NCBI GenBank assembly: GCA_050987995.1
Contig: CP158804.1
Location: 1,030,412-1,094,411 of the forward strand
DNA from: Ralstonia pickettii
Lineage (GTDB): Bacteria > Pseudomonadota > Gammaproteobacteria > Burkholderiales > Burkholderiaceae
Direction: 5' to 3'
DNA: 64,000 bases
Part shown: positions 9,776 to 19,280 of the stretch, one piece after another
Numbering within the stretch: position 1 is the stretch's first letter
Layout of the letters: each line of letters opens with the position of its first letter
Notes under the pieces: generated by a model
Seen by the model: only the letters and a program-made list of their open reading frames with translations
Database searches by the model: none
What the model was told of the DNA's origin: nothing
Position numbers and translations under genes: made by a program

Positions 9776-10185
9776 TGGCCAGGTATATGTTCGACACGAA
9801 TATGTGCATCTACCTGATGAAGAACCACCCGCCGCAAGTATCGGAGCACTTTGCCCAATGCTTTGAGGGGGACATTGTGCTGTCGGCGATCACGCTGGCC
9901 GAATTGGAATACGGCGTCACCGTCTCGGGCGATCCCGAAGCTGCGCGGCGCGCCTTGCACGGTTTGATCGCACGGGTGCCGGTGCTGCCGCTGACCGCGG
10001 CAGCCGCGCGCGCTTATGGCCCGCTACGCGCGGCCACGCGCCAGCGTAAGGCCGACACTATGGACAGGCTGATCGCCGCCCACGCTCTTGCAGAAGACCT
10101 GACGGTGGTCACGCGCAACGTGCGTGACTTTGCGGCGTATCCGGGCCTGCGCATCGAAGACTGGACACAGCCGCCAGCGGGTTGA
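9775..10185 (+). CDS. vapC: VapC PIN-domain ribonuclease toxin
   Basis: MARYMFDTNMCIYLMK… with a PIN acidic residue pattern (D…E…D…D). 136 aa. Confidence 0.9.
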   Translation: MARYMFDTNMCIYLMKNHPPQVSEHFAQCFEGDIVLSAITLAELEYGVTVSGDPEAARRALHGLIARVPVLPLTAAAARAYGPLRAATRQRKADTMDRLIAAHALAEDLTVVTRNVRDFAAYPGLRIEDWTQPPAG

Positions 10186-10196
10186 ACTGCATAGTT

Positions 10197-10514
10197 TCAA
10201 CGCGCCGGCTGCTCCTGTCCCACCGGCCGCACCGCCGCTGGCATGGCAACCGGCACGGCGCCTGCCATGGGCGCCGCCGGCATGCTACGCGCCTCGCGCG
10301 GCAGCCTCAGCGGCGCGATGCCTTCCGGCTCTTGCAAGGCCACCCCATTGTCATAGCCGGTGGCAACAGCCTCCAGGTATCCGGGAGCAAACTTCTGTTC
10401 AGGCGTCACGGCCTGCAAGGCAGGCGCAGCCGCCTGCGGCGCCTCGGCCTGCGCGCAGGCCACGCTGTTGACGCATAAGCCAAGCACACGCAGCAGGACC
10501 ATGGCGCGGCGCAT
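10197..10514 (-). CDS. Small secreted Ala/Pro-rich hypothetical protein
   Basis: From the internal ATG at 10514: MRRAMVLLRVLGLCVNSVACAQA, a signal peptide, followed by a low-complexity A/P-rich tail. Confidence 0.3.
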   Translation of the reverse strand: MRRAMVLLRVLGLCVNSVACAQAEAPQAAAPALQAVTPEQKFAPGYLEAVATGYDNGVALQEPEGIAPLRLPREARSMPAAPMAGAVPVAMPAAVRPVGQEQPAR

Positions 10515-10599
10515 ATGGCGGAGGACGGCGTGCGGGCGCGGCGCGGCCTGCCCGCCCTGGCATTGGGATTGTGTATTCATCGGGGTTCTCCGGGGAGCC

Positions 10600-11234
10600 A
10601 TCGCTGGCGGGTGGAACAACGAGCTGCGGCGCCGCTCGCTGTCCATTGCGCAATGACCGTGCCATCGCCACAGGACCTGATGGGGCGCGGATTGCGGCAC
10701 TTTCCGGAGGTTGGGTGGTGGGGCCGGGCCGACGCTGGCGGGGGAATGTCGGGCCGCGCCCAACAGTCAGCTCGCCGCTGCTGCGCGAGTTGATGGAGGC
10801 GCTGGCCCACGACGGCACGCTGGGCGGGCGAGTGCAGCCGGCAGCTATGCGCCAGCCGGCTGGTGGAGGAGCTGGCTGCCGCGCGCACGCTGTCGCTCGG
10901 CCTGGCGCTGCCTGACCGGCGGCTGCAGGCTTTGTGTCACGCCCTGAGGGAAGATCCGGACTCAACACTGACGCTGTCCGAGCGCGCACACCGGTGCCAG
11001 CCAACCCACGCTGGCGCGCCTGTTCGAGAGCGAGCTGAAGACGAGCTTCGGCCACTGGCGTCAGCAACTGCGGCTAGCGCACGCGTCGACCTGATGTGCC
11101 GCGGCAAGCCGCTGGCGCATGCGGCCGAGACCGGCTACGCGCACGCCGGAGCGTTCTCGACCATGTTCCGGCGCACGCTCGGGCAGACCCCGCGCGACTT
11201 CATGGCGCGGCGGCGCGCCGCAACCGGGGACTGA
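10600..11234 (+). pseudogene. AraC-family transcriptional regulator, disrupted by frameshifts
   Basis: The C-terminal HTH (…ETGYAHAGAFSTMFRRTLGQTPRDF) is in one frame. The preceding conserved TLARLFESELKTSFGHWRQQLRLAHA reads in the +1 frame relative to it. Upstream pieces (LPDRRLQALCHALREDPDSTLTLSE…) are split across ORFs 10571-10915, 10711-10947 and 10863-11234. Confidence 0.55.
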
Positions 11235-11246
11235 GCGCTGGGGCGC

Positions 11247-12071
11247 TCAGGGCTTCACCGCGGCGGCCAGCACCGCCGGCATCGGTACCTCGAAGCCGCT
11301 ACCGCGCATATAGGCCGCCACCGTACCGCGCAGCACGGCGCGGATCTCGTCGCGGGCCTTGGGCGTCTGCGCGCGCAGCGTGGCCGCGGCGCGCACGGTG
11401 CCTTGCGCCAGCGCGTCGAACAACTGGTCGGGCGTGGAGAAGCGCCACACCTGGTGCACATGCCGGCAGGTGGGCGAGACAAAGCCCGCCTTCTGCAGCG
11501 CGCTGCGGCATTCCCCCGGATCGCTGAACAGGAAGAAATTCGGTCCGGCCGGGATATCGACCTCCATCGAGCCATAGGCGCGGATCGCGGCATAGACCGC
11601 GCCAAAGCCGACCGCGCGCTCGGGCGTGTCCCAGACCGTGAAGGCGATGCGCCCGCGCGGGCGCAGCACGCGGAAGGCCTCGCTCAGCGCGGCGTCAGGA
11701 TCGGACAGATGGCACATGCCGAAGCCGTTGACCACCACGTCGAAGCTGGCGTCCTCGAACGGCAGCGCCTGTGCGTCGGCCTGCTCGTACCGGACAGCGG
11801 GGTAGAGCTTGCGCGCCAGCTCCACCTGCGCCAGCGAGAAGTCGATGCCGACGGCATCGGCGCCGCGCCGCACCGCCGCCGCGGCGATATGGCCGGAGCC
11901 GCTCGCCACGTCCAGCACGCGCTGACCGCTGGCAGTGCGGGCCTCGTCCAGCAAGGCCTCGACCGATTGCTTGGTCACGTGCGACAGGTGTTCCTGGTAC
12001 TGGCTGACGACTTCCGGATCCTCCCAGCCAGCCAGCTCAAAGGCGCGAAACGAATCTTCGGTGTGATCCAT
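11247..12071 (-). CDS. Class I SAM-dependent methyltransferase (type 11)
   Basis: VLDVASGSGH… is motif I. Acidic motif II and a Rossmann-like fold follow. 274 aa. Confidence 0.85.
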   Translation of the reverse strand: MDHTEDSFRAFELAGWEDPEVVSQYQEHLSHVTKQSVEALLDEARTASGQRVLDVASGSGHIAAAAVRRGADAVGIDFSLAQVELARKLYPAVRYEQADAQALPFEDASFDVVVNGFGMCHLSDPDAALSEAFRVLRPRGRIAFTVWDTPERAVGFGAVYAAIRAYGSMEVDIPAGPNFFLFSDPGECRSALQKAGFVSPTCRHVHQVWRFSTPDQLFDALAQGTVRAAATLRAQTPKARDEIRAVLRGTVAAYMRGSGFEVPMPAVLAAAVKP

Positions 12072-12280
12072 GACCCCCTCCTCGGCATGGGTGTCCAGGC
12101 TGCCGGTGTGCCCGCGGGACCTGTGCCGCCGCGAGGACCCCGCGCCGCACGACCCCAGTCAGCCAAAGTATAGTCAGCGCCGCAGGCTCATAGTGCCCGC
12201 GCGCAGGTGGGAGGGCGGCGCGGATCGGCCCGGACACGCGGTCATGCTGACGGCGCCACTCGTTGCCGGGCTTCGCCTTG

Positions 12281-13624
12281 CTATTTCGCCCCGCTCACCC
12301 GCCACACGATATTGCCCACGTCATCGGCCACCAGCAGCCCGCCGCGCTTGTCGATCGCCACGCCCACCGGCCGCCCGCGGGCCTTGCCATCCTCGTCGAG
12401 AAAGCCGGTCAGCACGTCGAATGGCGCGCCGTTGGGCCGGCCCCTGCTGAACGGCACGAAGATGACCTTGTAGCCGGCCAGCGGCCTGCGGTTCCACGAA
12501 CCGTGCTGGCCCACGAACATGCCTTCCTGGAAACGCGCCGGCAGGCTGTTGCCGCCAGCGGCGACCAGGCCCAGCGCCGCGGTGTGGGCGCCCACCGCAT
12601 AGTCCGGCGCGATCGCACGGGACACCAGCTCCGGCGCCGGCGGCTTGACCCGCTCGTCGACGTGCTGGCCGTAGTAGCTGTAAGGCCAGCCATAGAAGCC
12701 GCCGTCGCGCACCGAGGTGATGTAGTCCGGCACCAGGTCGCTGCCGATCTCGTCGCGTTCGTTGACGGCGGTCCAGAGCATGCCGGTGACCGGCTCCCAC
12801 GCCATGCCGTTGGGGTTGCGCAGGCCGCTGGCGTAGATGCGATGCTTGCCGGTCTTCGGATCGACTTCCCAGATGGCCGCGCGCCCGGCCTCCTTGTCCA
12901 TGCCGTGCTCGGCCACGTTGCTGTTGGAGCCCACCGTCACGTACAGCTTGCTGCCGTCGCGGCTGGCGATGATGTTCTTGGTCCAGTGGTGGTTGAGCGG
13001 CCCGCCGGGCAGGTCCACCACCTTTTGCGGCGCTGCGGTGATCTGGTTCTGGCCGGGCTGGTACGGGAAACGCAGCACGGCATCGGTGGCGGCCACATAG
13101 AAGTCATTGCCGACCAGCACCATGCCGAACGGCGAGTTCAGGTCCTTCAGGAACACCGAGCGCTGGTCCGCCACGCCGTCGCCGTTGGTATCGCGCAAGA
13201 GCGTGATCCGGTTGGCGCTGGGCGTGCCGGCCCCGGCGCGCTTCATCACCTTCTTCATGATCCAGCCCCGGATACCCTTGCCGTCGTCAGGCTTGGGCGG
13301 GGCATTGCTTTCCGCGACCAGCACGTCGCCGTTGGGCAGCACGTAGACCCAGCGCGGATGGTCGAGCTTGTCGGCAAAGGCGGTCACCGACATGCCGTCG
13401 GCGGGCACCGGGCGCTGGCCCTCGGCCCAGCCGATGGCCGGCGCGATCTTGACGGTGGGGATGGCGGTCTTGTTGGGCGGGGGCAGCTGCGGCGTGGGGC
13501 CGAAGCCGGCTTCGGACGGCAGCTTGGCCGATTCGCCGCAGGCGGCCAGGGCGACAACAGCGCCCGTCAGCAAGCTGGCGCGCCACAGAGGCGAGACGGA
13601 TCGGGAAGGGGTGGGCATCGGCAT
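12281..13624 (-). CDS. PQQ-dependent sugar (sorbosone/glucose) dehydrogenase family lipoprotein
   Basis: Lipobox LAACG. Beta-propeller segments such as [13 protein letters not shown]…GDGVAD… match the soluble-GDH/sorbosone-DH fold. Confidence 0.75.
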   Translation of the reverse strand: MPMPTPSRSVSPLWRASLLTGAVVALAACGESAKLPSEAGFGPTPQLPPPNKTAIPTVKIAPAIGWAEGQRPVPADGMSVTAFADKLDHPRWVYVLPNGDVLVAESNAPPKPDDGKGIRGWIMKKVMKRAGAGTPSANRITLLRDTNGDGVADQRSVFLKDLNSPFGMVLVGNDFYVAATDAVLRFPYQPGQNQITAAPQKVVDLPGGPLNHHWTKNIIASRDGSKLYVTVGSNSNVAEHGMDKEAGRAAIWEVDPKTGKHRIYASGLRNPNGMAWEPVTGMLWTAVNERDEIGSDLVPDYITSVRDGGFYGWPYSYYGQHVDERVKPPAPELVSRAIAPDYAVGAHTAALGLVAAGGNSLPARFQEGMFVGQHGSWNRRPLAGYKVIFVPFSRGRPNGAPFDVLTGFLDEDGKARGRPVGVAIDKRGGLLVADDVGNIVWRVSGAK

Positions 13625-13796
13625 GGTCCGGGCTCCTCAGGCATGGCTCGGCCGCGCCGTGCCACGCGGGCCCGGCGCGCCCGCCCTTGGACTATAGGAT
13701 GCGTGCCCGCCGGACCTCTGTAGGACGCCCGCGCAGCCGTCATGTAGGACAAACACGCACAGCTGCGCCGCGAACGCCGCCCCGCCGCGGAGGACG

Positions 13797-14522
13797 TCAG
13801 CCGCGGTGCGGCGTATCCAGCCCCTTGATCACGGCTGGTCGCTTGACGAAGGCCTCCAGCACGCGCGTGACGTGCGGGAAGTCCTGGATGCCTACCAGCT
13901 CGCCCGCCTCATAGAAGCCGACCAGGTTGCGCACCCACGGGAAAGTGGCGATATCGGCAATGGTGTACTCGTCGCCCATGATCCACGCGCGGCCTTCCAG
14001 CCGCTGGTTCAGCACGTTCAGCAGGCGGCGGCTCTCGGCCACATAGCGGTCGCGCGGGCGCTTGTCCTCATAATCCTTGCCGGCGAACTTGTTGAAGAAG
14101 CCCAGTTGCCCGAACATCGGCCCGATGCCGCCCATCTGGAACATCACCCACTGGATGGTCTCGTAGCGGCGCGCCGGGTCGGCCGGGATCAGCTTGCCCG
14201 ATTTGTCGGCCAGGTACAGCAGGATCGCGCCCGACTCGAACAGCGCCAGCGGCTTGCCGCCCGGCCCGTTGGGATCGAGGATGGCCGGGATCTTGTTGTT
14301 CGGGTTCAGCGACAGGAATTCCGGCGACATCTGGTCATTGGTGTCGAAGCGCACCAGGTGCGGCTCGTACGGCAGGCCGGTTTCTTCCAGCATGGTCGAC
14401 ACCTTGACGCCGTTGGGCGTCGGCAGCGAATAAAGCTGGATCCGGTCTGGATGCTGCGCCGGCCATTTGCGGGTAATCGGAAAGGCGGAAAGATCTGACA
14501 CAAGGCCTCCAGTTGCGTCCAT
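13797..14522 (-). CDS. Glutathione S-transferase, YghU-like (Nu class)
   Basis: Collinear with E. coli YghU: …IQLYSLPTPNGVKV…NPNNKIPAILD…ESGAILLYLA…GDEYTIADIATFPW… The start was set at the internal ATG at 14522; the GTG 7 codons downstream, which has a GGAGG RBS, is also possible. Confidence 0.8.
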   Translation of the reverse strand: MDATGGLVSDLSAFPITRKWPAQHPDRIQLYSLPTPNGVKVSTMLEETGLPYEPHLVRFDTNDQMSPEFLSLNPNNKIPAILDPNGPGGKPLALFESGAILLYLADKSGKLIPADPARRYETIQWVMFQMGGIGPMFGQLGFFNKFAGKDYEDKRPRDRYVAESRRLLNVLNQRLEGRAWIMGDEYTIADIATFPWVRNLVGFYEAGELVGIQDFPHVTRVLEAFVKRPAVIKGLDTPHRG

Positions 14523-14849
14523 TGCGCGATGGCCGCCGCGGGGCGCGGCACACCGGCTTGCAAAAAACCGGATGATAGCCCGGGCGCCGGAACTGTGCCG
14601 ACAAGGCCCGCGGCGCATGGCTTGCACCGGCAGCGCTGCCTGTCCGGCGAATGCCCACCGCCCTTCAAATCGGAATTGCCTGACCGCGTGACGCCGTAGT
14701 TCCGCGAATGTCCGCAATTTCGCCGAACGACGATTTTTCGGTTGACCGCCCGCTCATATAGTCGCGTCTCCTTCCAAGGAACCAGGCAGTGGCCGGCAAT
14801 TCGCCGCGTCTGGGATCAACCAACCCCATCGATATCTCATCCGCAAGCC

Positions 14850-15386
14850 ATGAACGCTAAGCTCTTCGCCGCCATCGCGGCGCTGACCGTTACAGTCCCG
14901 CAATTCGCCAGCGCTGCAAACGGTAACATCACCTTCAACGGCAAGATTACCCCGCAGACCTGCGTCATCTCCGGCAACGGCACGACTTCCACGGACTTCA
15001 CCGTCACGCTGCCCGAGGTGTCGGTGTCCACCCTGGACAGCGCCGGCAGGACCGCAGGCCGCACCCCCTTCTCCATCGGCCTGAACTGCACGCCCAGCAC
15101 GGGCTCGGTGCATGCGTACTTCGAACCTGGCGCCAATGTGGACACCGCGACTGGCCGCCTGAACGTGCTTCCCGGCGGCGCTACCAATGTGCAAATCGGC
15201 CTGCTGAACGCCGCCAATTCGTCGAAGATCAACCTGGGCGCTGCCGATGCCGCGCAGAACTCGATCGCCGTCCCGCTCGTCGGCGGCATTGCCACGTTGA
15301 ACTACTACGCCGAATACGTGGCCACCGGTATTGCCACGCCCGGCGCGGCCGAATCCAGTGTGATGTACACCATCGTCTACCAATAA
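14850..15386 (+). CDS. Fimbrial major subunit (type 1 / chaperone-usher pilin)
   Basis: Signal peptide MNAKLFAAIAALTVTVPQFASA. GKITPQTCVISG… Cys pair. C-terminal beta-strand YTIVYQ, typical of donor-strand pilins. Confidence 0.8.
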   Translation: MNAKLFAAIAALTVTVPQFASAANGNITFNGKITPQTCVISGNGTTSTDFTVTLPEVSVSTLDSAGRTAGRTPFSIGLNCTPSTGSVHAYFEPGANVDTATGRLNVLPGGATNVQIGLLNAANSSKINLGAADAAQNSIAVPLVGGIATLNYYAEYVATGIATPGAAESSVMYTIVYQ

Positions 15387-15469
15387 GCCGGCCGCACGCC
15401 ACCATGCCGGGACGGGCACCACGCCCGTCCCGTTCGCCTTGCTTTCCCCTCGCTTCGCCTCACAGAGAC

Positions 15470-16333
15470 ATGACCTCCATCCCCATGCGGCCGATGCTTG
15501 CGGCCGTGTTCTCGATCGGCATGGCCCTTTGCGCCGCCGTGCACGCATCGGTCGTGATCGGCGGCACGCGTGTCATCTACGATGCGCACGATACCGAAGT
15601 CACGATCAAGCTGACCAACGAGGGCAAGAGCCCGGCGCTGACGCAGGTATGGCTCGACACCGGCAATCCGAATGACGATCCCTCGACCATCAGCACGCCG
15701 TTCGATATCGTGCCGCCGCTCGCAAGGATCGACGCCGGCCGGTCGCAGACGCTGCGCATCATCCATACCGGCGCACCGATGCCGGCGGACAAGGAATCGC
15801 TGTTCTGGCTGAACGTGCTGGAAGTCCCGCCCAAGCCCCGGTCCGCCGGCGGCAACGACAGCCAGCTGCAGCTTGCATTCCGGTCCCGCATCAAGCTGTT
15901 CTACCGGCCGCGTGGCCTGGCCGGCGCGCCGGCGGACGCGCCCGCGCAAGTCCGCTGGCGCCTGGCCACCGCCGACGGCGCGCCCGCCATCGAAGCGCAC
16001 AACCCTACGCCCTACCACGTCTCGTTCACCGTGCTGGACCTGCTGGACGGCAAGGCCACCGGGAACACGCCAGCAGCACAGATCAGCGCCGACATGGTGG
16101 CGCCGGGTGAAGCGCGCCGCTTCCCGCTGCCGGCAGGCATGCAGATCCAGGCAGGCACGCGCATGCGCTACCACGCCATCAGCGACTACGGCGGCGACGT
16201 GGACGGACAGGTGAGCGTGGAAGCCGCAAGCTCGCCGGCCGCGCCAGCACCCTCGCCAGCACCCTCGCCGACGCCCACGCGGCAGCGCGAGGCCGGGGGC
16301 AGCCCCGTGGCCGTGGCGGCTCCACTGCCTTGA
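15470..16333 (+). CDS. Periplasmic fimbrial chaperone (PapD-like)
   Basis: MTSIPMRPMLAAVFSIGMALCAAVHA signal peptide. Conserved chaperone motifs (…RVIYDAHDTEVTIKLTN…SLFWLNVLEVPP…) followed by a Pro/Ala/Ser-rich tail. Confidence 0.85.
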   Translation: MTSIPMRPMLAAVFSIGMALCAAVHASVVIGGTRVIYDAHDTEVTIKLTNEGKSPALTQVWLDTGNPNDDPSTISTPFDIVPPLARIDAGRSQTLRIIHTGAPMPADKESLFWLNVLEVPPKPRSAGGNDSQLQLAFRSRIKLFYRPRGLAGAPADAPAQVRWRLATADGAPAIEAHNPTPYHVSFTVLDLLDGKATGNTPAAQISADMVAPGEARRFPLPAGMQIQAGTRMRYHAISDYGGDVDGQVSVEAASSPAAPAPSPAPSPTPTRQREAGGSPVAVAAPLP

Positions 16334-16510
16334 TTCCGGCGCGGCCGCCGTGCCGCCTCGCGGCGGCCCCCTTGCCGGGGCCGCCAGCAGCCATCCGGAG
16401 CGCCCGCACGCAGACGCAGGCGCCCTGACAACGATCCCCATCAACCCTGGAACGGACCGCCAGCCGGCGGCCCCGGGGCGCAGCCTTGCGCCTGCACAAC
16501 GCCCACTGGC

Positions 16511-19180
16511 ATGCCAAACCGAGAAGCTGAGTGCCGACCCGTCGGCTTGCGATTACGCCCACTGAGCGCCATTGCGCTGTCGCTGCTGGCCGCCCAGGCC
16601 CATGCAGTCCCTGGCGCCGCGGCGCAGGGCGCGGAGGTGGAATTCAACGAGTCGTTCCTGGAACGCTTCGGCACGAACCGGGCCGATATCAGCCGCTACA
16701 ACAAGGGCCATGGCGTGCCGGCGGGACGTTACCTGGTCGACCTGTATGTCAACGGCGCGAGGCAGGAGCGGCTGACCATCATGGTGCAGGCCGCCCCGCT
16801 CGAAGGCGGCGCCACGCGGCCCTGCTTCGACGCGGCGCTGGTCGAACACATCGGTGTGGATTTGGCCAAGGTGGCGGCACTCCGGTTCGGCCCCGGGGCC
16901 GAACCGGGCGCCACCACCAATCCCACCACCAATGCCACTGCCGACTCCAGCACCACAGCCCAGCCCGCCCCGCTGCCGGACGACGCCTGCCCGTCCCTGG
17001 CGCGCCTGGTCCCCGGCGCCAGCGCTACCTTCGACGGTGGCGAACAGCGGCTGGATGTCAGCGTTCCACAGCTGATGATGAAACGCAGCGCGCGCGGTGC
17101 CGTCGATCCCGCGCGCTGGGACGAAGGCGTGCCGGCGCTGCTGCTCAACTACGACGGCAACGCCTATCACAGCGAGATGCAGGGCGCGTCCTACACGAAA
17201 GGCTACCTGGGCATGCGCGCCGGCCTGAACCTGGGCGCCTGGCGCTTCCGGCACCAGGGCAGCCTGAACTACGACGGCAATGCCGGCACCCGCTACCAGA
17301 GCGTGCAGACCAACCTGCAGCGCGGCCTGCCCGCGCTGCGCAGCCAGCTGGTGCTGGGCGATGCCTTCACCGATGGCTCGGTGTTTGACAGCGTGGGCTT
17401 TCGCGGCGTGCAGCTGGCCAGCGACGACCGCATGATGCCCGAATCACAGCGCGGCTATGCGCCCACCATCCGCGGCGTCGCCGGCAGCAATGCCCGCGTG
17501 CAGGTGCGCCAGGGCGGCAATGTGCTGTACGAAACCACGGTCGCGCCCGGCCCGTTCGAGATCAACGACCTCTACCCGACCGGCTACAGCGGCGACCTGG
17601 AAGTGGTGATCACGGAGGCCGACGGCAGCACGCGCGTGTCGCGCGTGCCTTATGCTGCGGCGGTCAATGCGCTGCGCCCCGGCGTCACGCGCTTCGGCGT
17701 GACGGCCGGCCAGTACCGCAACCCCAGCCTGGACAGCCATCCACTGATGTTCCAGGGCACGCTCCAGCACGGCTTGTCCAACCTGCTGACCGGCTATGGC
17801 GGCGTGGCGCTGGCCGAAGGCTATGGCTCGGCCCTCGCCGGGATCGCGCTGAACACCCGCTATGGCGCGATCGGCGCCGACGTCACGCACGCGACCACGC
17901 GGCTCGCCAACATGCCTGACCGCAGCGGCCAGAGCCTGCGCCTGACCTACAGCAAGCTGATCACACCGACCAATACCAACCTGACGCTCGCCGCGTACCG
18001 CTATTCGACCAGCGGCTTCCTGGGCCTGGCCGATGCCATGGCGCTACGCGACCTCGACCAGCGCCAGTTCAGCTTTGCCATGGGCCCCACGCAGCGCGGC
18101 AGGCTGCAGCTGACGGTCAACCAGACCCTGCCCGGGCGCTGGGGTTCGTTCTACCTGTCCGGCTCGACCCAGACCTACTGGAACCGCAAGGGCTCGGATA
18201 CGCAGTTCGTGGCCGGCTACAACAACAGCATCGGGCGCATCAGCCTGGGCGTATCCGCATCGCGCCAGTTCAATATCAGCAGCGCACGCTGGGAAAACCG
18301 GGTGATGCTCAACCTCGGTATTCCACTGGGCAAGGCCGCGCACGCGCCATACTCGATGACCAGCGCGCAGACGGACTTCCACGGCGCCGCCAGCGTGCAG
18401 CAGGCGGTCACGGGCTCTCTGGGCGTGGACAACGCCTTTACTTACGGCCTGAACGCCGGTTACAACAACGACCGCCAGGGCGAGGCCGCCAGCCTTGGCG
18501 CCACCGCCAGCTATCTGTCGCCGGTGGCCACGCTGACCGGCAGCGCCAGCACCAGTCGCAACTACACCCAGGCAAGCGCCGGTATCTCCGGCGGCATCGT
18601 GGCCTATCCCGGCGGGGTCGCCTTCACCCCGCGGTACAGCGATACCGTGGCCGTGATTGAAGCCGGCAGCGCCGCCGGCGCCCGCGTGGTCAATAACAAT
18701 GGCGCGCGTGTCGACCCGTGGGGGCACGCGGTGGTGTCAGGGCTGAGGCCGTTTGCGCGCAATGACATCGAGATCGATCCGCGCGGCCTGCCGCTTGACG
18801 TGGAATTCAAGTCAACTACGCAGGCCGTGGTCCCGACCGCCGGCGCGGTCGTGGTGGCGCGCTTCGACACCACCAGCGCCGGGCGTGCCGCGGTGCTGCG
18901 CGCGCTCACGCGCGACGGCAGGCGGCTGCCGTTCGGCAGCAATGTGCTGGACAGCGACGGCAACACGGTCGGCACCGTCGGACAAAGCGGCCGCATCGTC
19001 GCCCAGGGACTGAAAGCGGACAGCGGCGAACTGGTGGTGCGTTGGGGCGAGGCCCCATCGGACCAGTGCCACTTTCACTATGCCCTGCCCATGGCGAAGC
19101 TGCAGCGCGGCAAGCCGCTGCCGCAGATCGAGGCCCGGTGTGAGGATCCCGCGGTCAAGGCAGGACGGGACCAGCGTTAG
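16511..19180 (+). CDS. Outer-membrane fimbrial usher (FimD/PapC family)
   Basis: 889 aa with the usher N-terminal domain, beta-barrel, plug and C-terminal domains (…GRYLVDLYVNG…). It is co-oriented immediately after the chaperone. Confidence 0.9.
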   Translation: MPNREAECRPVGLRLRPLSAIALSLLAAQAHAVPGAAAQGAEVEFNESFLERFGTNRADISRYNKGHGVPAGRYLVDLYVNGARQERLTIMVQAAPLEGGATRPCFDAALVEHIGVDLAKVAALRFGPGAEPGATTNPTTNATADSSTTAQPAPLPDDACPSLARLVPGASATFDGGEQRLDVSVPQLMMKRSARGAVDPARWDEGVPALLLNYDGNAYHSEMQGASYTKGYLGMRAGLNLGAWRFRHQGSLNYDGNAGTRYQSVQTNLQRGLPALRSQLVLGDAFTDGSVFDSVGFRGVQLASDDRMMPESQRGYAPTIRGVAGSNARVQVRQGGNVLYETTVAPGPFEINDLYPTGYSGDLEVVITEADGSTRVSRVPYAAAVNALRPGVTRFGVTAGQYRNPSLDSHPLMFQGTLQHGLSNLLTGYGGVALAEGYGSALAGIALNTRYGAIGADVTHATTRLANMPDRSGQSLRLTYSKLITPTNTNLTLAAYRYSTSGFLGLADAMALRDLDQRQFSFAMGPTQRGRLQLTVNQTLPGRWGSFYLSGSTQTYWNRKGSDTQFVAGYNNSIGRISLGVSASRQFNISSARWENRVMLNLGIPLGKAAHAPYSMTSAQTDFHGAASVQQAVTGSLGVDNAFTYGLNAGYNNDRQGEAASLGATASYLSPVATLTGSASTSRNYTQASAGISGGIVAYPGGVAFTPRYSDTVAVIEAGSAAGARVVNNNGARVDPWGHAVVSGLRPFARNDIEIDPRGLPLDVEFKSTTQAVVPTAGAVVVARFDTTSAGRAAVLRALTRDGRRLPFGSNVLDSDGNTVGTVGQSGRIVAQGLKADSGELVVRWGEAPSDQCHFHYALPMAKLQRGKPLPQIEARCEDPAVKAGRDQR

Positions 19181-19189
19181 CGCCATCCC

Positions 19190-19240
19190 AATGAAAAAGG
19201 CCCCGGCCTCTGCAAAGAGGCGGGGCCTTCTTCAATGCCG
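19190..19240. terminator. Candidate bidirectional terminator hairpin between the usher and acnB (convergent)
   Basis: aaaaaGGCCCCGGCCTCtgcaaaGAGGCGGGGCCttcttc is a GC-rich inverted repeat flanked by A/T runs. Confidence 0.4.
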
Positions 19241-19280
19241 GCCACCGCATCGCGGCGCCGGCCCGGCAGTGCGACAGTCC

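Noticed and set aside
10571-11234. Two separate small genes (10571-10915 and 10863-11234)
   Set aside because: Both carry pieces of one AraC-type regulator. They are better explained as a single frameshifted pseudogene.
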